A DNA stretch of 64,000 nucleotides, from positions 8,032,001 to 8,096,000 of the forward strand of contig OY970303.1 in NCBI GenBank assembly GCA_963716255.1, written 5' to 3'. The DNA comes from an uncultured Gemmatimonadales bacterium. Lineage in GTDB: Bacteria > Gemmatimonadota > Gemmatimonadetes > Longimicrobiales > Longimicrobiaceae. The notes under the pieces are model-generated. The model saw only the letters and a list, made by a program, of their open reading frames with translations. It was not told the DNA's origin and did no database searches. The translations under genes and the position numbers were made by a program. Positions 9,858 through 19,302 of this stretch are shown here, in pieces (the stretch's first letter is position 1; the number at the start of each line of letters is the position of its first letter).

Positions 9858-11642
9858 GTGAGCCTGGTCCGCGACGGGATCCCGGCCTCGCCGGGGATCG
9901 TGATCGCCCCGGCGCGCGTCCTCCGCTGGGAGGTGCCGCGCGTTCCCCACGGGGGCGTGGTCCCCGCGGACCAGGTGGAGCACGAGGTGGAGCGCTTCCG
10001 CGAGGCGCGCGAATGGGCGAAGGAGCGCATCCGCGAGCTGCAGGCGCGCACCGAGACGCTGATGGGGCGGGTGGAGGCGCAGATCTTCGAGCCGCAGATC
10101 CTGATGCTCGAGGACTCCGACCTGATCGAGGGGACCGTCTCGTACATCCGCGAGAACCACCTCACCGCGGAGCGCGCCTTCGAGTGGCGGGTGCTGGAGT
10201 GGGAGTCGCAGTGGTCGCACACCGCGCACCCCATGGTGCTCGACAAGCTCAACGACCTGGCCGACGTGCAGAACCGGGTGCTGCGGCGCCTGATGGGGAT
10301 GCCCGACCCGGAGCTGCGCTCGCGCGGCGGCGAGGACAAAGTGGTGCTGGTCGCCCACGACCTGACCCCCAGCCTCACCGTGCAGCTGGACCCGCGGCAG
10401 GTGGTGGGAATCGCCACCGACTCGGGGACGCGCGCCTCCCACAACTCCATCCTGGCGCGCTCGCTGGACATTCCCGCCGTGGTCAGCCTGGGCGACCTGT
10501 CCGACCGCGTTCGCGACGGCGACGAGATCATCCTGGACGGCCGCGCCGGGCGGGTCATCATCGGCCCCAGCGAGGAGGACAAGCACGCCTACCGCGAGCG
10601 CGACTTCCAGATCCGCGAGTGGGAGCAGGAGCTGCTCCTGCTGGCGCACCTGGAGTCGGTGACGCGCGACGGGTACCGGGTGCAGCTGCGCGCCAACATC
10701 GACCTTCCCGGCGAGGCCGCCTCCGCGCGGGCCCACGGGGCGGAGGGGGTGGGTCTGTACCGCACCGAGTTCCTGGTGGTGGGGCGCGGCGCCGCGCCCG
10801 GCGAGGAAGAGCAGTTCCAGGCGTACTCGCTGGTGACCCGGGTCTTCCCGCACGTCCCGGTGATCATCCGCACCTACGACCTGGGCGGCGACAAGTTCCC
10901 GGCGTTCATGCACATGGCGGCCGAGGACAACCCCTTCCTGGGGTGGCGGGCCATCCGCGTCTGCCTGGACGAGCCGGCGATGTTCCGCGGGCAGCTCCGC
11001 GCGCTCCTGCGGGCCGCCGCGCACGCCGACGTGCGCATCATGATCCCGCTGGTCAACGAAGTCTCCGAGGTGCTGGACACCCGCCGCCACATCGACGAGT
11101 GCCTGGAGGAGCTGCGCGCGGAGGGGCACGCCGTCCCGGAGCGCTACTCGCTGGGCGCCATGATCGAGACCCCGGCGGCGGCCATGTCCGCGCCGGAGCT
11201 CGCCCGGCACGTGGACTTCTTCTCCATCGGCACCAACGACCTCACGCAGTACACCCTGGCGGTGGACCGCGGCAACTCGCGCCTGTCCAAGCTCTTCAAC
11301 CCCTTCCACCCGGCGGTGGTGCGGCTGATGGGTCTGGTCACCGATGCCGGGCGCGCGGCGGGGATCGAGGTGGGGGTGTGCGGCGAGTTCGCGGCGCACC
11401 CCCTGGGCGCTTTTCTGATGATCGGGCTGGGCGTGCACTCGCTCAGCGTGGGCCCCTCGGCGCTCGCCGAGATCAAGAAGGTGATCCGCTCCGTGTCGCG
11501 CGAGGAGGCCGCCGCCGCCGCGCGCGAGGCCCTCGCCGCGGGCACCCCCGCGGAGGTCATCGAGGTGCTCGGCCGGCACGCCGAGGACTGGATCGACCTG
11601 ACCCGCTTCATGGCCGCCTGGAACTTGTCGGCCACCGCGTAG
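9858..11642 (+). CDS. ptsI: PTS enzyme I
   Basis: [48 protein letters not shown]. Confidence 0.96.
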   Translation: MSLVRDGIPASPGIVIAPARVLRWEVPRVPHGGVVPADQVEHEVERFREAREWAKERIRELQARTETLMGRVEAQIFEPQILMLEDSDLIEGTVSYIRENHLTAERAFEWRVLEWESQWSHTAHPMVLDKLNDLADVQNRVLRRLMGMPDPELRSRGGEDKVVLVAHDLTPSLTVQLDPRQVVGIATDSGTRASHNSILARSLDIPAVVSLGDLSDRVRDGDEIILDGRAGRVIIGPSEEDKHAYRERDFQIREWEQELLLLAHLESVTRDGYRVQLRANIDLPGEAASARAHGAEGVGLYRTEFLVVGRGAAPGEEEQFQAYSLVTRVFPHVPVIIRTYDLGGDKFPAFMHMAAEDNPFLGWRAIRVCLDEPAMFRGQLRALLRAAAHADVRIMIPLVNEVSEVLDTRRHIDECLEELRAEGHAVPERYSLGAMIETPAAAMSAPELARHVDFFSIGTNDLTQYTLAVDRGNSRLSKLFNPFHPAVVRLMGLVTDAGRAAGIEVGVCGEFAAHPLGAFLMIGLGVHSLSVGPSALAEIKKVIRSVSREEAAAAAREALAAGTPAEVIEVLGRHAEDWIDLTRFMAAWNLSATA

Positions 11643-11653
11643 GGTGGTATCTT
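11625..11653 (+). promoter_or_regulatory. Putative sigma70 promoter for metK
   Basis: TTGTCG-17 bp-TATCTT with an extended TG. Confidence 0.45.
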
Positions 11654-11703
11654 CGACGCTTCGAACGCCTTACGTCCCAAGCGAATCCCAACAAGGAGCC
11701 CGC

Positions 11704-12882
11704 GTGGCGCAGCGCCAGCTCTTCACGTCCGAGTCGGTCACCGAGGGCCACCCCGACAAGATCGCCGACCAGATCTCCGACTCCGTGCTGGACGCGATCC
11801 TGGCGGAAGACCCCACCGGCCGCGTGGCCTGCGAGACGCTGGTGACCACCGGCGTCGCCGTGGTGGCGGGCGAGATCACCACCGCCACCTACGTGGACAT
11901 CCCGGCCATCGTCCGGGGCACGCTCAAGTCCATCGGCTACACGGACGCGCAGTACGGCATCGACAGCCACACCTGCGCGGTGATCACGACCATCGACCGG
12001 CAGTCGCCGGACATCGCCATGGGCGTGGATACCGGCGGCGCGGGCGACCAGGGGATGATGTTCGGCTACGCCTCGGACGAGAACGAGGCGCTCATGCCCA
12101 CCCCCATCCTGCTGGCGCACCGCCTGGCCGAGCGGCTGGCCGCGGTGCGCAAGAACGGCAGGCTCGGCTGGCTCCGGCCGGACGGCAAGACGCAGGTGTC
12201 GGTGGAGTACGAGGGCGACCGCCCGGTGCGGGTGGACACGGTGGTGGTGTCCACGCAGCACGACCCGGAGGCCACCAACGAGCAGATCCGCGCCGAGGTC
12301 ATCGAGCACGTGGTGCAGCCGGTGCTGGAGCCGGTCGGGTTCTGGGACCCGGAGGCGACCACGTTCCACATCAACCCCACCGGCCGCTTCGTGATCGGCG
12401 GGCCGCACGGCGACGCGGGGCTCACCGGCCGCAAGATCATCGTGGACACGTACGGGGGGATGGGCCGCCACGGCGGCGGCGCCTTCAGCGGCAAGGACCC
12501 CACCAAGGTGGACCGCTCCGCCGCGTACGCAGCCCGCTGGGCCGCGAAGCACGTGGTTGCCGCCGGGCTGGCGCGCCGCTGCGAGATCCAGCTCGCCTAC
12601 GCCATCGGCGTGCGGGAGCCGGTGTCGGTGCGGGTGGACACCTTCGGGACGGCCACGGTGCCCGAGGGCGCCATCGAGCGGGCGCTGCGCGACGTCTTCG
12701 ACTTCACCCCCAAGGGGATCATCGAGGCGCTGCTGCTCCGCAACCCCATCTACCGCCCCACGGCGGCGTACGGCCACTTCGGGCGGACCTCCGAGGAGGC
12801 GGGCGACGGGCGCAAGGTGCTCCTCTTCCCGTGGGAGCGGACCGAGCGGGCGGACGAGCTGCGCAGGGCCGCCGGCGCCTAG
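11704..12882 (+). CDS. metK: S-adenosylmethionine synthetase
   Basis: [49 protein letters not shown] upstream of the GTG. Confidence 0.98.
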   Translation: MAQRQLFTSESVTEGHPDKIADQISDSVLDAILAEDPTGRVACETLVTTGVAVVAGEITTATYVDIPAIVRGTLKSIGYTDAQYGIDSHTCAVITTIDRQSPDIAMGVDTGGAGDQGMMFGYASDENEALMPTPILLAHRLAERLAAVRKNGRLGWLRPDGKTQVSVEYEGDRPVRVDTVVVSTQHDPEATNEQIRAEVIEHVVQPVLEPVGFWDPEATTFHINPTGRFVIGGPHGDAGLTGRKIIVDTYGGMGRHGGGAFSGKDPTKVDRSAAYAARWAAKHVVAAGLARRCEIQLAYAIGVREPVSVRVDTFGTATVPEGAIERALRDVFDFTPKGIIEALLLRNPIYRPTAAYGHFGRTSEEAGDGRKVLLFPWERTERADELRRAAGA

Positions 12883-13015
12883 CCTCGGATCCGGTGGGAC
12901 GCAGGGACCCCCTCCGGGCGGCCCCGGTGAACGGCGAACGTCATCGCGGAGGTGGAGGCGCCGGGGGCGAGGGATCCCCGGTGCCGTCCACCTTCGTTCA
13001 TGAAGGCAGGGAACC

Positions 13016-13561
13016 ATGATCCAGATCCGTGTCCAGAGCCTGGGGCTCGACCAGACCTCGAAGACGCCCGTGGTCATCCTCCAGGAGGTGGACGGGGCGC
13101 GCATCCTCCCCATCTGGATCGGCCCGGCGGAGGCGAGCGCCATCGCCATGGAGCTGGCGGGGATGAAGTTCTCCCGCCCGCTCACCCACGACCTGTTCCC
13201 CTCGCTGATCCGCGGGCTGGGGGGGACGCTCACGCGGGTGCTGATCACCCGCGTGCAGGACAACACCTACTTCGCCGAGATGGTGATCCGCCGCGGCGAC
13301 GAGGTGTTCACGGTGGACGCACGGCCGTCGGACTCCATCGCCATCGCGCTGCGCCTGCAGGCCGAGCTGTACACCAGCGACGACCTGCTTTCCGGCACCA
13401 CCGTGCAGTTCGCGGAAACCGACGAGGGCGAGACGGAGGGGCTGTTGGGGAGCATGCCCGCGGAGGAGGAGCAGCCCCCGGAAAGCACCATGACCCCCGA
13501 GCAGCTCAAGGAGCACCTGAAGAAGATGAACCCGGAAGACCTGGGGCGGTTCAACCCTTGA
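13016..13561 (+). CDS. Bifunctional nuclease family protein (DUF151)
   Basis: LPIWIGPAEA, RPLTHDL, DARPSDSIAIALR. Confidence 0.92.
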   Translation: MIQIRVQSLGLDQTSKTPVVILQEVDGARILPIWIGPAEASAIAMELAGMKFSRPLTHDLFPSLIRGLGGTLTRVLITRVQDNTYFAEMVIRRGDEVFTVDARPSDSIAIALRLQAELYTSDDLLSGTTVQFAETDEGETEGLLGSMPAEEEQPPESTMTPEQLKEHLKKMNPEDLGRFNP

Positions 13562-13566
13562 GCGCC

Positions 13567-14514
13567 ATGCGTCCGGTCCTGCTCGCTCTCCTGCTCGCGG
13601 CCGCCGCCGCCTCGCCGGCCGCCTCCCAGCAGCGGCTCCTGGGGCGCGTGCTCCTGGGCGGCGCGCCCGTGCCCGGCGTGCCGGTGACGCTGCACCGCGT
13701 CACCGCCGACTCGTCCGGCCCCGTGGGCAGCGGGAGCACCGCGCCGGACGGCTCGTTCGTGCTGGCGCTCCCCCCGGCCGACACTTCCAGGGGCTTCAGC
13801 GTCTTCTTCGCCACCGCGGAGTTCCGGGGCGTCCGCTACTTCGGGCCGCCGCTCCATCCGGGGGACGCGGGAACCGGATACGCCGTCGAGGTGTTCGACA
13901 CCGCTTCCGCCTCGCGCTCTCCCGGCGCGGTGCGGGTGGCACGGCGCGACGTGATCGTCCTCCCGGAGGAGGACGGGAGCGCCGAGGTCAACGAGATCGT
14001 CCGCATCCGCAACTCGGCGAAGCAGGCGCTCGTCCTGGGGTCGGGCGCCTCCACCTGGGAATTCCGCATCCCCCGGGGGGTGGTCGCCTTCGAGGTGGGC
14101 GACGGGCAGATCGCCCCGGACGCGGTGGTGCGGCGCGACGACCGGGTGCTGGTGACGGCGACGATCCCGCCGGGCGAGCAGGAGCTTTTCGTACGCTACC
14201 GGCTGGCGCGCGGGACCACCCGCACCGAGCTGCCGGTGACGGCGGCCACCGACTCCATGAGCCTGTTCGTCCGCCAGCCGGCCCCGGAGACCGTGGTCCG
14301 CGGGCTGGCCGCGCCGGTGGCGGTGCAGGCCGAGGGCGACAGCTTCCTGCGCTACAACGGCGCCGGGCTGGGCCCCCGCTCCGCGGTGGTGATGGAGTGG
14401 GACAACCCCGGCGTGCCGCCGGTGGACCCGCGCTTCGCCGCGGTGGGCGCGGCCGGGCTGGTGCTCGCGGCCGGGGCGGGGCTGGCGCTGCGCCGGCGGC
14501 CGCCCCCGGCGTGA
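13567..14514 (+). CDS. Exported protein with carboxypeptidase-regulatory-like beta domain and C-terminal membrane anchor
   Basis: Signal peptide MRPVLLALLLAAAAASPA; GVPVTL...TAPDGSF; C-terminal TM followed by RRR. Confidence 0.6.
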   Translation: MRPVLLALLLAAAAASPAASQQRLLGRVLLGGAPVPGVPVTLHRVTADSSGPVGSGSTAPDGSFVLALPPADTSRGFSVFFATAEFRGVRYFGPPLHPGDAGTGYAVEVFDTASASRSPGAVRVARRDVIVLPEEDGSAEVNEIVRIRNSAKQALVLGSGASTWEFRIPRGVVAFEVGDGQIAPDAVVRRDDRVLVTATIPPGEQELFVRYRLARGTTRTELPVTAATDSMSLFVRQPAPETVVRGLAAPVAVQAEGDSFLRYNGAGLGPRSAVVMEWDNPGVPPVDPRFAAVGAAGLVLAAGAGLALRRRPPPA

Positions 14515-14524
14515 CCGCGGCGCC

Positions 14525-15265
14525 GTGCCCCTCGTCGTCGCGCGGTCGCTGGTCCTCCAGTCGTTTCCGTACAGCGAGACGAGCAAGATCCTGCGCCTGT
14601 TCACCCGCGAGGCGGGGGTGCGCTCGGTGATCGCAAAGGGCGCGCTGCGCCCGCGGAGCCGCTTCGGCGGGGTGCTGGAGCCCTTCACCGGGGGGACCGC
14701 GCACTTCCACCTCAAGGAGGGACGCGACCTGCACACGCTCTCCGGCTTCGACCTGGTCCGCAGCCGCCAGGCGCTGGGGCGCGACCTGGTCGCCTTCGCC
14801 GGGGCCTCGCTGGTGGCCGAGCTGGTCCTGCGCTTCGCCACCGAGGAGCCGCACGAGGACCTGTGGGACGCGGTGGAGGAATCGCTCGACGCCATCATGG
14901 CGGCGGAGGGGCAGGGAACCGAGCGCGCCGCGCTGGCCGCGGCCTGGCACGTGGTGGCGCTGCTGGGCTTCGCGCCGCAGACGGAGATGTGCATCGCCTG
15001 CGGCCGCGCGCTGGACGACGACGAGCCGGTGCGCTTCGACGCCGAGGGCGGCGGGACCACCTGCCGCGAGTGCCGCCCGGCCGGCCGCGTCCTGGACGCG
15101 GCGACCCGCCGGGAGCTGCGCGACATGCTCCTGGGCGACGTGCCGGAAGCGAGCCGCGGCGAAAGGTCGGCGCACCGCGCGCTGCTGCGCACGTACCTGC
15201 CGGCGCAGTTCCAGCACGAGAGGCCGCTTCGCTCGCTGGAGCTTTTCCTCCAGCAGCTGGCCTGA
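14525..15265 (+). CDS. recO: DNA repair protein RecO
   Basis: YSETSKILRLFT, AKGALRPRSRF, CxxC...CxxC zinc motif. Confidence 0.92.
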   Translation: MPLVVARSLVLQSFPYSETSKILRLFTREAGVRSVIAKGALRPRSRFGGVLEPFTGGTAHFHLKEGRDLHTLSGFDLVRSRQALGRDLVAFAGASLVAELVLRFATEEPHEDLWDAVEESLDAIMAAEGQGTERAALAAAWHVVALLGFAPQTEMCIACGRALDDDEPVRFDAEGGGTTCRECRPAGRVLDAATRRELRDMLLGDVPEASRGERSAHRALLRTYLPAQFQHERPLRSLELFLQQLA

Positions 15266-15384
15266 ACACGACCATGCGACCACCGGACCGCCCGCCCGTG
15301 CCCGGCCCCGCCGGGGCGTGCCGCGCGGTCCCTTCCACACCGGAGGCCGGAGTGCCCTGAACCCACCCGAACGGCGAGGCGCAG

Positions 15385-15903
15385 ATGCGACGTGCACCTC
15401 CTGTTCTGCTCGCCCTGCTGGTGATCTACGGTTTCCTCTTCCCCCCCACCCTGCGCGCGCAGGACCCGGTGGAGCTGCCGGTGGTCGCGCGGCAGGCGAC
15501 AGGATTCCGCCTGGAGCAGAACGATCCCAACCCGTTCACGCGGGACACCTACATTCCCTTCACGCTGGAGGAGAGCCTTTTCCGGGACGGACGGCCGCAC
15601 CTGGTCACCATCCAGATCTTCAACGTGCTGAACCAGCTGGTCGCGGTGCCGCGGGCGCCCGACCATCCCCGCGGGAAGAACCTCCCCGTGCAGCAGCTCG
15701 CCTACACCGAACCGGGCCGCAAGCTGGCCTTCTGGGACGGGACGGACACGCGGGGGCGCCGGGTGACGCCGGGGGTCTACTACTGCCAGCTGGTGGTGGA
15801 CCGGCAGCAGCCGAAGATGGTCAAGATGATCGTGACGAGCCCGAGGAGAAGGTCCCGGATCCAAATTCCCTGGTTTGGACGTGAAAGAAGCCGGCCCGAG
15901 TGA
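15385..15903 (+). CDS. Exported protein made of a single FlgD-Ig / secretion-CTD-like domain
   Basis: Signal peptide; LEQNDPNPF, IFNVLNQLV, WDGTD...GVYY. Confidence 0.65.
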   Translation: MRRAPPVLLALLVIYGFLFPPTLRAQDPVELPVVARQATGFRLEQNDPNPFTRDTYIPFTLEESLFRDGRPHLVTIQIFNVLNQLVAVPRAPDHPRGKNLPVQQLAYTEPGRKLAFWDGTDTRGRRVTPGVYYCQLVVDRQQPKMVKMIVTSPRRRSRIQIPWFGRERSRPE

Positions 15904-15953
15904 TTTTGCGCTCGCGGGCCGGCTTCTTCGTTTTTACGGCTTACGGCTGGGTT

Positions 15954-16082
15954 GGGCGTGCCCCCGGCGGGCGCCGGGGTCGGGCTTCGGCTCCGTAAGC
16001 CCGCAAACAACGCGGGCTAACGGAGTCGAGCCCGCGCAAACAGCCGCGCGGTCTCGCCCCTTCGGGCCGAAATCCCTCACGC
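15954..16082 (+). repeat. Dispersed structured element, copy 3
   Basis: Inner hairpin AGCCCGC-AAACAAC-GCGGGCT. Confidence 0.9.
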
Positions 16083-16381
16083 GGGACTCGCGCTGGCGTC
16101 CGCGGGAGACCCCACCCGGCTCGCTTGGGGCTCGCCACCCTCCCCCAATTCTGGGGGAGGGCTTCCTGTCGGTCCGGGTCGTTGCCGTTGCGATCTGCGC
16201 CGGGAGGTCGGGGGAGGGTCCGCAGGCGGTGCGCTTGTTCGAAGCCAGCGTGATCCCACCCTCGCTCCAGCGGCGGGCGAGTTTCGCACCGCCGAAGGAG
16301 ACTTCCCCGGCCGACCCCAAACGCCGGAGCCTGCCGGAACCCCGTTGCCGTTCCGCAGTACCCCCCGAAATCAGTACGGGA

Positions 16382-16495
16382 GGAGACTCGCCGGTCGTTT
16401 GGCGAGGCTCCTCCCGTGCGCAGGGAGACCCGGAGGTCGTTTTCCGGGGCTCCCGGAGCCCCCGCAGGAGACCGGCAGCAGTACCGCCGGGCTCC
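16382..16495. repeat. Three tandem hairpins GGAGAC-stem-loop-stem-GGCTCC
   Basis: Units start at 16382, 16424 and 16467. Confidence 0.65.
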
Positions 16496-16525
16496 GGAGG
16501 GGTCCCGCATCAAGCCGACGAACGC

Positions 16526-16888
16526 CTAGTCGATCAGGTACAGGAACCGGCCGCAGTTGTCGCAGTGGCTGATCTCGCGGTTGCGGTCGGCGTCGGAGGC
16601 GACGGCGGTGGGGATGGAAACGAAGCACCCGTAGCAGGTGCCCCCGATGACCGGGACCACCGCGCGCGGGTGGCGGCCGGCCATGCGGAGGTAGCGGCCG
16701 CGCACCGCCGGGGCGAGCGACTCCTCCATCTCGCCGATCTTCTCGTCCAGCTGGCGGAGGGCATCGTCGATGCTGATGCCGAAGACCTCCTCCTCCACCT
16801 GGCGCTCGGAGGACGCGGCCTCCAGCTCCTTGCGCTGGGTCTTCAGGTCCTGGATCTCGAGCAGGATCTCGAGCTGCGGATTCATCAT
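16526..16888 (-). CDS. C4-type zinc ribbon domain protein
   Basis: LLEIQDL N-terminal coiled coil; CYGC...CDNCGRFLY. Confidence 0.85.
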   Translation of the reverse strand: MMNPQLEILLEIQDLKTQRKELEAASSERQVEEEVFGISIDDALRQLDEKIGEMEESLAPAVRGRYLRMAGRHPRAVVPVIGGTCYGCFVSIPTAVASDADRNREISHCDNCGRFLYLID

Positions 16889-16905
16889 TGGTCTCTCGTC
16901 CTCCC

Positions 16906-17358
16906 TCAGACGCCCTTTTCGTCGAGCAGCCCCAGGAACTCCTTGCCCGACGAGAGCTCCCCCAGCCGCTGCGCGACGTCGGGCTCCTTGGAGAACTGGG
17001 CGATCTTCCCCAGGACGGGGAGGTACTGGTTCGATACTTCCAAGGGCGGCGCCACGATCAGGAAGAAGTTGTAGACGGGCTGCTCGTCGATGGCCTTGAA
17101 GTCCACGCCCTGCCGCTTGCGCCCGAAGGCCACGCGGAGCCGGTTGACCACCAGGGAGCGGCAGTGGGGGATGGCGATGCCCTTGCCGATCCCGGTGGAG
17201 CCCAGGTTCTCGCGCCGCTTGAGCATCTTGTAGAGGATGGCCTGGGACTTGTCGTCGAGCCCCAGGAGGGCGATGAGCTCCTTCAATATCTCGTCCTTGG
17301 TCTCCCCCTGGAGATCAAGGCTAACCGAATCCTCGGTAAAGAACTCCCGAAGTTCCAT
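16906..17358 (-). CDS. PTS EIIA, nitrogen-regulatory / fructose type
   Basis: RENLGSTGIGKGIAIPHCR. Confidence 0.9.
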   Translation of the reverse strand: MELREFFTEDSVSLDLQGETKDEILKELIALLGLDDKSQAILYKMLKRRENLGSTGIGKGIAIPHCRSLVVNRLRVAFGRKRQGVDFKAIDEQPVYNFFLIVAPPLEVSNQYLPVLGKIAQFSKEPDVAQRLGELSSGKEFLGLLDEKGV

Positions 17359-17414
17359 GTCGTCTTATCCTCTCGTATGTTTCCCGAACGCGTACGGGCT
17401 GCGTGAAGGCTGGC

Positions 17415-17443
17415 AATGTAAGTGCCACCGCGTAGCCTGTCAA
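17415..17443 (-). promoter_or_regulatory. Putative sigma70 promoter for the EIIA / zinc-ribbon genes
   Basis: TTGACA-17 bp-TACATT on the minus strand. Confidence 0.65.
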
Positions 17444-17479
17444 AATTCAACCACTTCCGGGGCGGGGGATCGGGCGCGG

Positions 17480-17508
17480 TTGAAGCGGGAGGCCTAAACG
17501 GGTATATT
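17480..17508 (+). promoter_or_regulatory. Putative sigma70 promoter for dusB
   Basis: TTGAAG-17 bp-TATATT, ending 6 nt before the ATG. Confidence 0.55.
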
Positions 17509-17514
17509 TCAAGG

Positions 17515-18510
17515 ATGTTCACGAACCCCGTAGACCTGCTCCGCAGCGGCTCCGTGCCGCTCTACCTGGCGCCCCAGGCCGGCGTCAGCGAGTCCCCGTT
17601 CCGCCGGCTCTGCCGCGCGTTCGGGGCCGACGTCGTGGTGTCCGAGTTCGTTTCGGCGGAGGGAATCCGCCGCAACGACCGCAAGACGCACGGCTTCCTG
17701 CGCTTCCACGACGACGAGCGCCCCATCGGCATCCAGATCTTCGGGGCGGACCCGGAGGCCATGGCGCAGGCCGCGGCGCTGGTGCAGGAGGTGTACGAGC
17801 CGGACTTCCTGGACATCAACTTCGGCTGCCCGGTCAAGAAGGTGGTGAGCCGAAACGGCGGCTCCGGGTGCCTCCGCGACCTGGACCTGGTGCGCGACAT
17901 CATCCGCGCGGTCAAGGCCGCCATCTCCATCCCCACCACGGTCAAGATCCGCAGCGGGTGGAGCGAGGAGCTGCGCAACCCCGTGCAGATCGCCCTGCGC
18001 TGCCAGGACGCGGGCGCGGAGGTGCTCACGCTGCACGCCCGCACGCGCACGCAGATGTACAGCGGCACGGCCAGCTGGGACGAGATCGCGGCCGTCAAGG
18101 CGGCGCTGGACATCCCGGTCATCGGCAACGGCGACGTGTGGAGCGGCGGGGACGCGAAGCGCATGCGCGACCACACGGGGTGCGACGGGATCATGATCGC
18201 CCGCGGCTCGCACGGGGCGCCGTGGATCTTCCGGCAGGCGCGCGCCGCGCTCGACGGCCAGCCGGTTCCGCAAGACCCGGAGGCCGGGGAGCGCTTCCGC
18301 ATCGTGCTGGAGCACGCGCGGCTCGCCATCGCCTGGGGGGACGAGGAGGAAAAGGCGATGATCGAGTTCCGCAAGCACCTGGGGTGGTACACCAAGGGGC
18401 TCCCCAACGGCAAGGCGCTGCGGCAGGAGCTGTTCGCGGTGAAGCGGCTGGCGGAGGCGGAGCGGCTGCTGGAGGGATACCTGGAAGCGCACGAGGGAGC
18501 GGCGGTTTGA
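17515..18510 (+). CDS. dusB: tRNA-dihydrouridine synthase B
   Basis: LAPQAGVS, DINFGCPVKKV, TVKIRSG, HARTR, IGNGD, RKHLGWY. Confidence 0.93.
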   Translation: MFTNPVDLLRSGSVPLYLAPQAGVSESPFRRLCRAFGADVVVSEFVSAEGIRRNDRKTHGFLRFHDDERPIGIQIFGADPEAMAQAAALVQEVYEPDFLDINFGCPVKKVVSRNGGSGCLRDLDLVRDIIRAVKAAISIPTTVKIRSGWSEELRNPVQIALRCQDAGAEVLTLHARTRTQMYSGTASWDEIAAVKAALDIPVIGNGDVWSGGDAKRMRDHTGCDGIMIARGSHGAPWIFRQARAALDGQPVPQDPEAGERFRIVLEHARLAIAWGDEEEKAMIEFRKHLGWYTKGLPNGKALRQELFAVKRLAEAERLLEGYLEAHEGAAV

Positions 18511-19268
18511 CGCCCGAGCGGCTGCGGTCCCTGCTGGCGGGGGTGGCGGAGGGGCGGACCTCGCCGGCGGAGGCGGAGCGCGCGCTGGCCTGGGCCCCGG
18601 TGGAGGCGACGGCGTTCGCCACGGTGGACCACCACCGGGCGCTGCGGCAGGGCTACCCGGAGGTGGTGTTCGGGGAAGGGAAGACGCCGGAGCAGACCGT
18701 GGAGATCGCGCGGCGGATCGCGGCGCGCGGCGACGGCTGCCTGGTGACGCGCGTCCCTCCGGCCGCGGCGGACGCGCTCCTCGCCGCCGTGCCGGAGGTG
18801 GAGCTCAACCCGCTCGGCCGCACCGCGTACCTGGCGCCCGCGGAGCCGCTCGTCCGGCGCGTGCGCGGGCGGGTGCTGATCGTGACGGCGGGGACGAGCG
18901 ACCTGCCGGTGGCGGAGGAGGCGGCGGTCACCGCGCGCGCCTTCGGCAACCCGGTGGAGCGGCTGACCGACGTGGGCGTGGCCGGGCTGCACCGGGTGCT
19001 CGCGGCGCGGGACGCGCTGCTGGACGCGGCGGTGGTGATCGTGGTGGCGGGGATGGAGGGGGCGCTCCCCTCGGTGGTGGGCGGGCTGGTGGCCGCGCCG
19101 GTGATCGCCGTCCCCACCAGCGTGGGCTACGGCGCCTCCTTCGGCGGGCTTTCGGCGCTGCTGGGGATGCTGAACTCCTGCGCCTCCGGGATCACCGTGG
19201 TGAACATCGACAACGGCTTCGGCGCGGCGGCCGCCGCCTCGCGCATCAACCTGCTTCCCGCGGACTGA
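18507..19268 (+). CDS. larB: Nickel-pincer cofactor biosynthesis protein LarB (PurE-like)
   Basis: PEVVFGEGK, AGTSDLPVAEEA, DVGVAGLHR, AGMEGALPS, VNIDNGFGA. Confidence 0.9.
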   Translation: MTPERLRSLLAGVAEGRTSPAEAERALAWAPVEATAFATVDHHRALRQGYPEVVFGEGKTPEQTVEIARRIAARGDGCLVTRVPPAAADALLAAVPEVELNPLGRTAYLAPAEPLVRRVRGRVLIVTAGTSDLPVAEEAAVTARAFGNPVERLTDVGVAGLHRVLAARDALLDAAVVIVVAGMEGALPSVVGGLVAAPVIAVPTSVGYGASFGGLSALLGMLNSCASGITVVNIDNGFGAAAAASRINLLPAD

Positions 19269-19302
19269 GATCGCACCCCGGGCCCTCCCCGCCGACCGGC
19301 GA

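Noticed and set aside
11643..11703. SAM riboswitch upstream of metK
   Set aside because: The leader is too short and has no SAM-I or SAM-II consensus.
16200..16525. RNase P RNA downstream of the zinc-ribbon gene
   Set aside because: GAGGAAAGTCC and the 3' CAGAACCCGGCTTA-type signature are absent on both strands.
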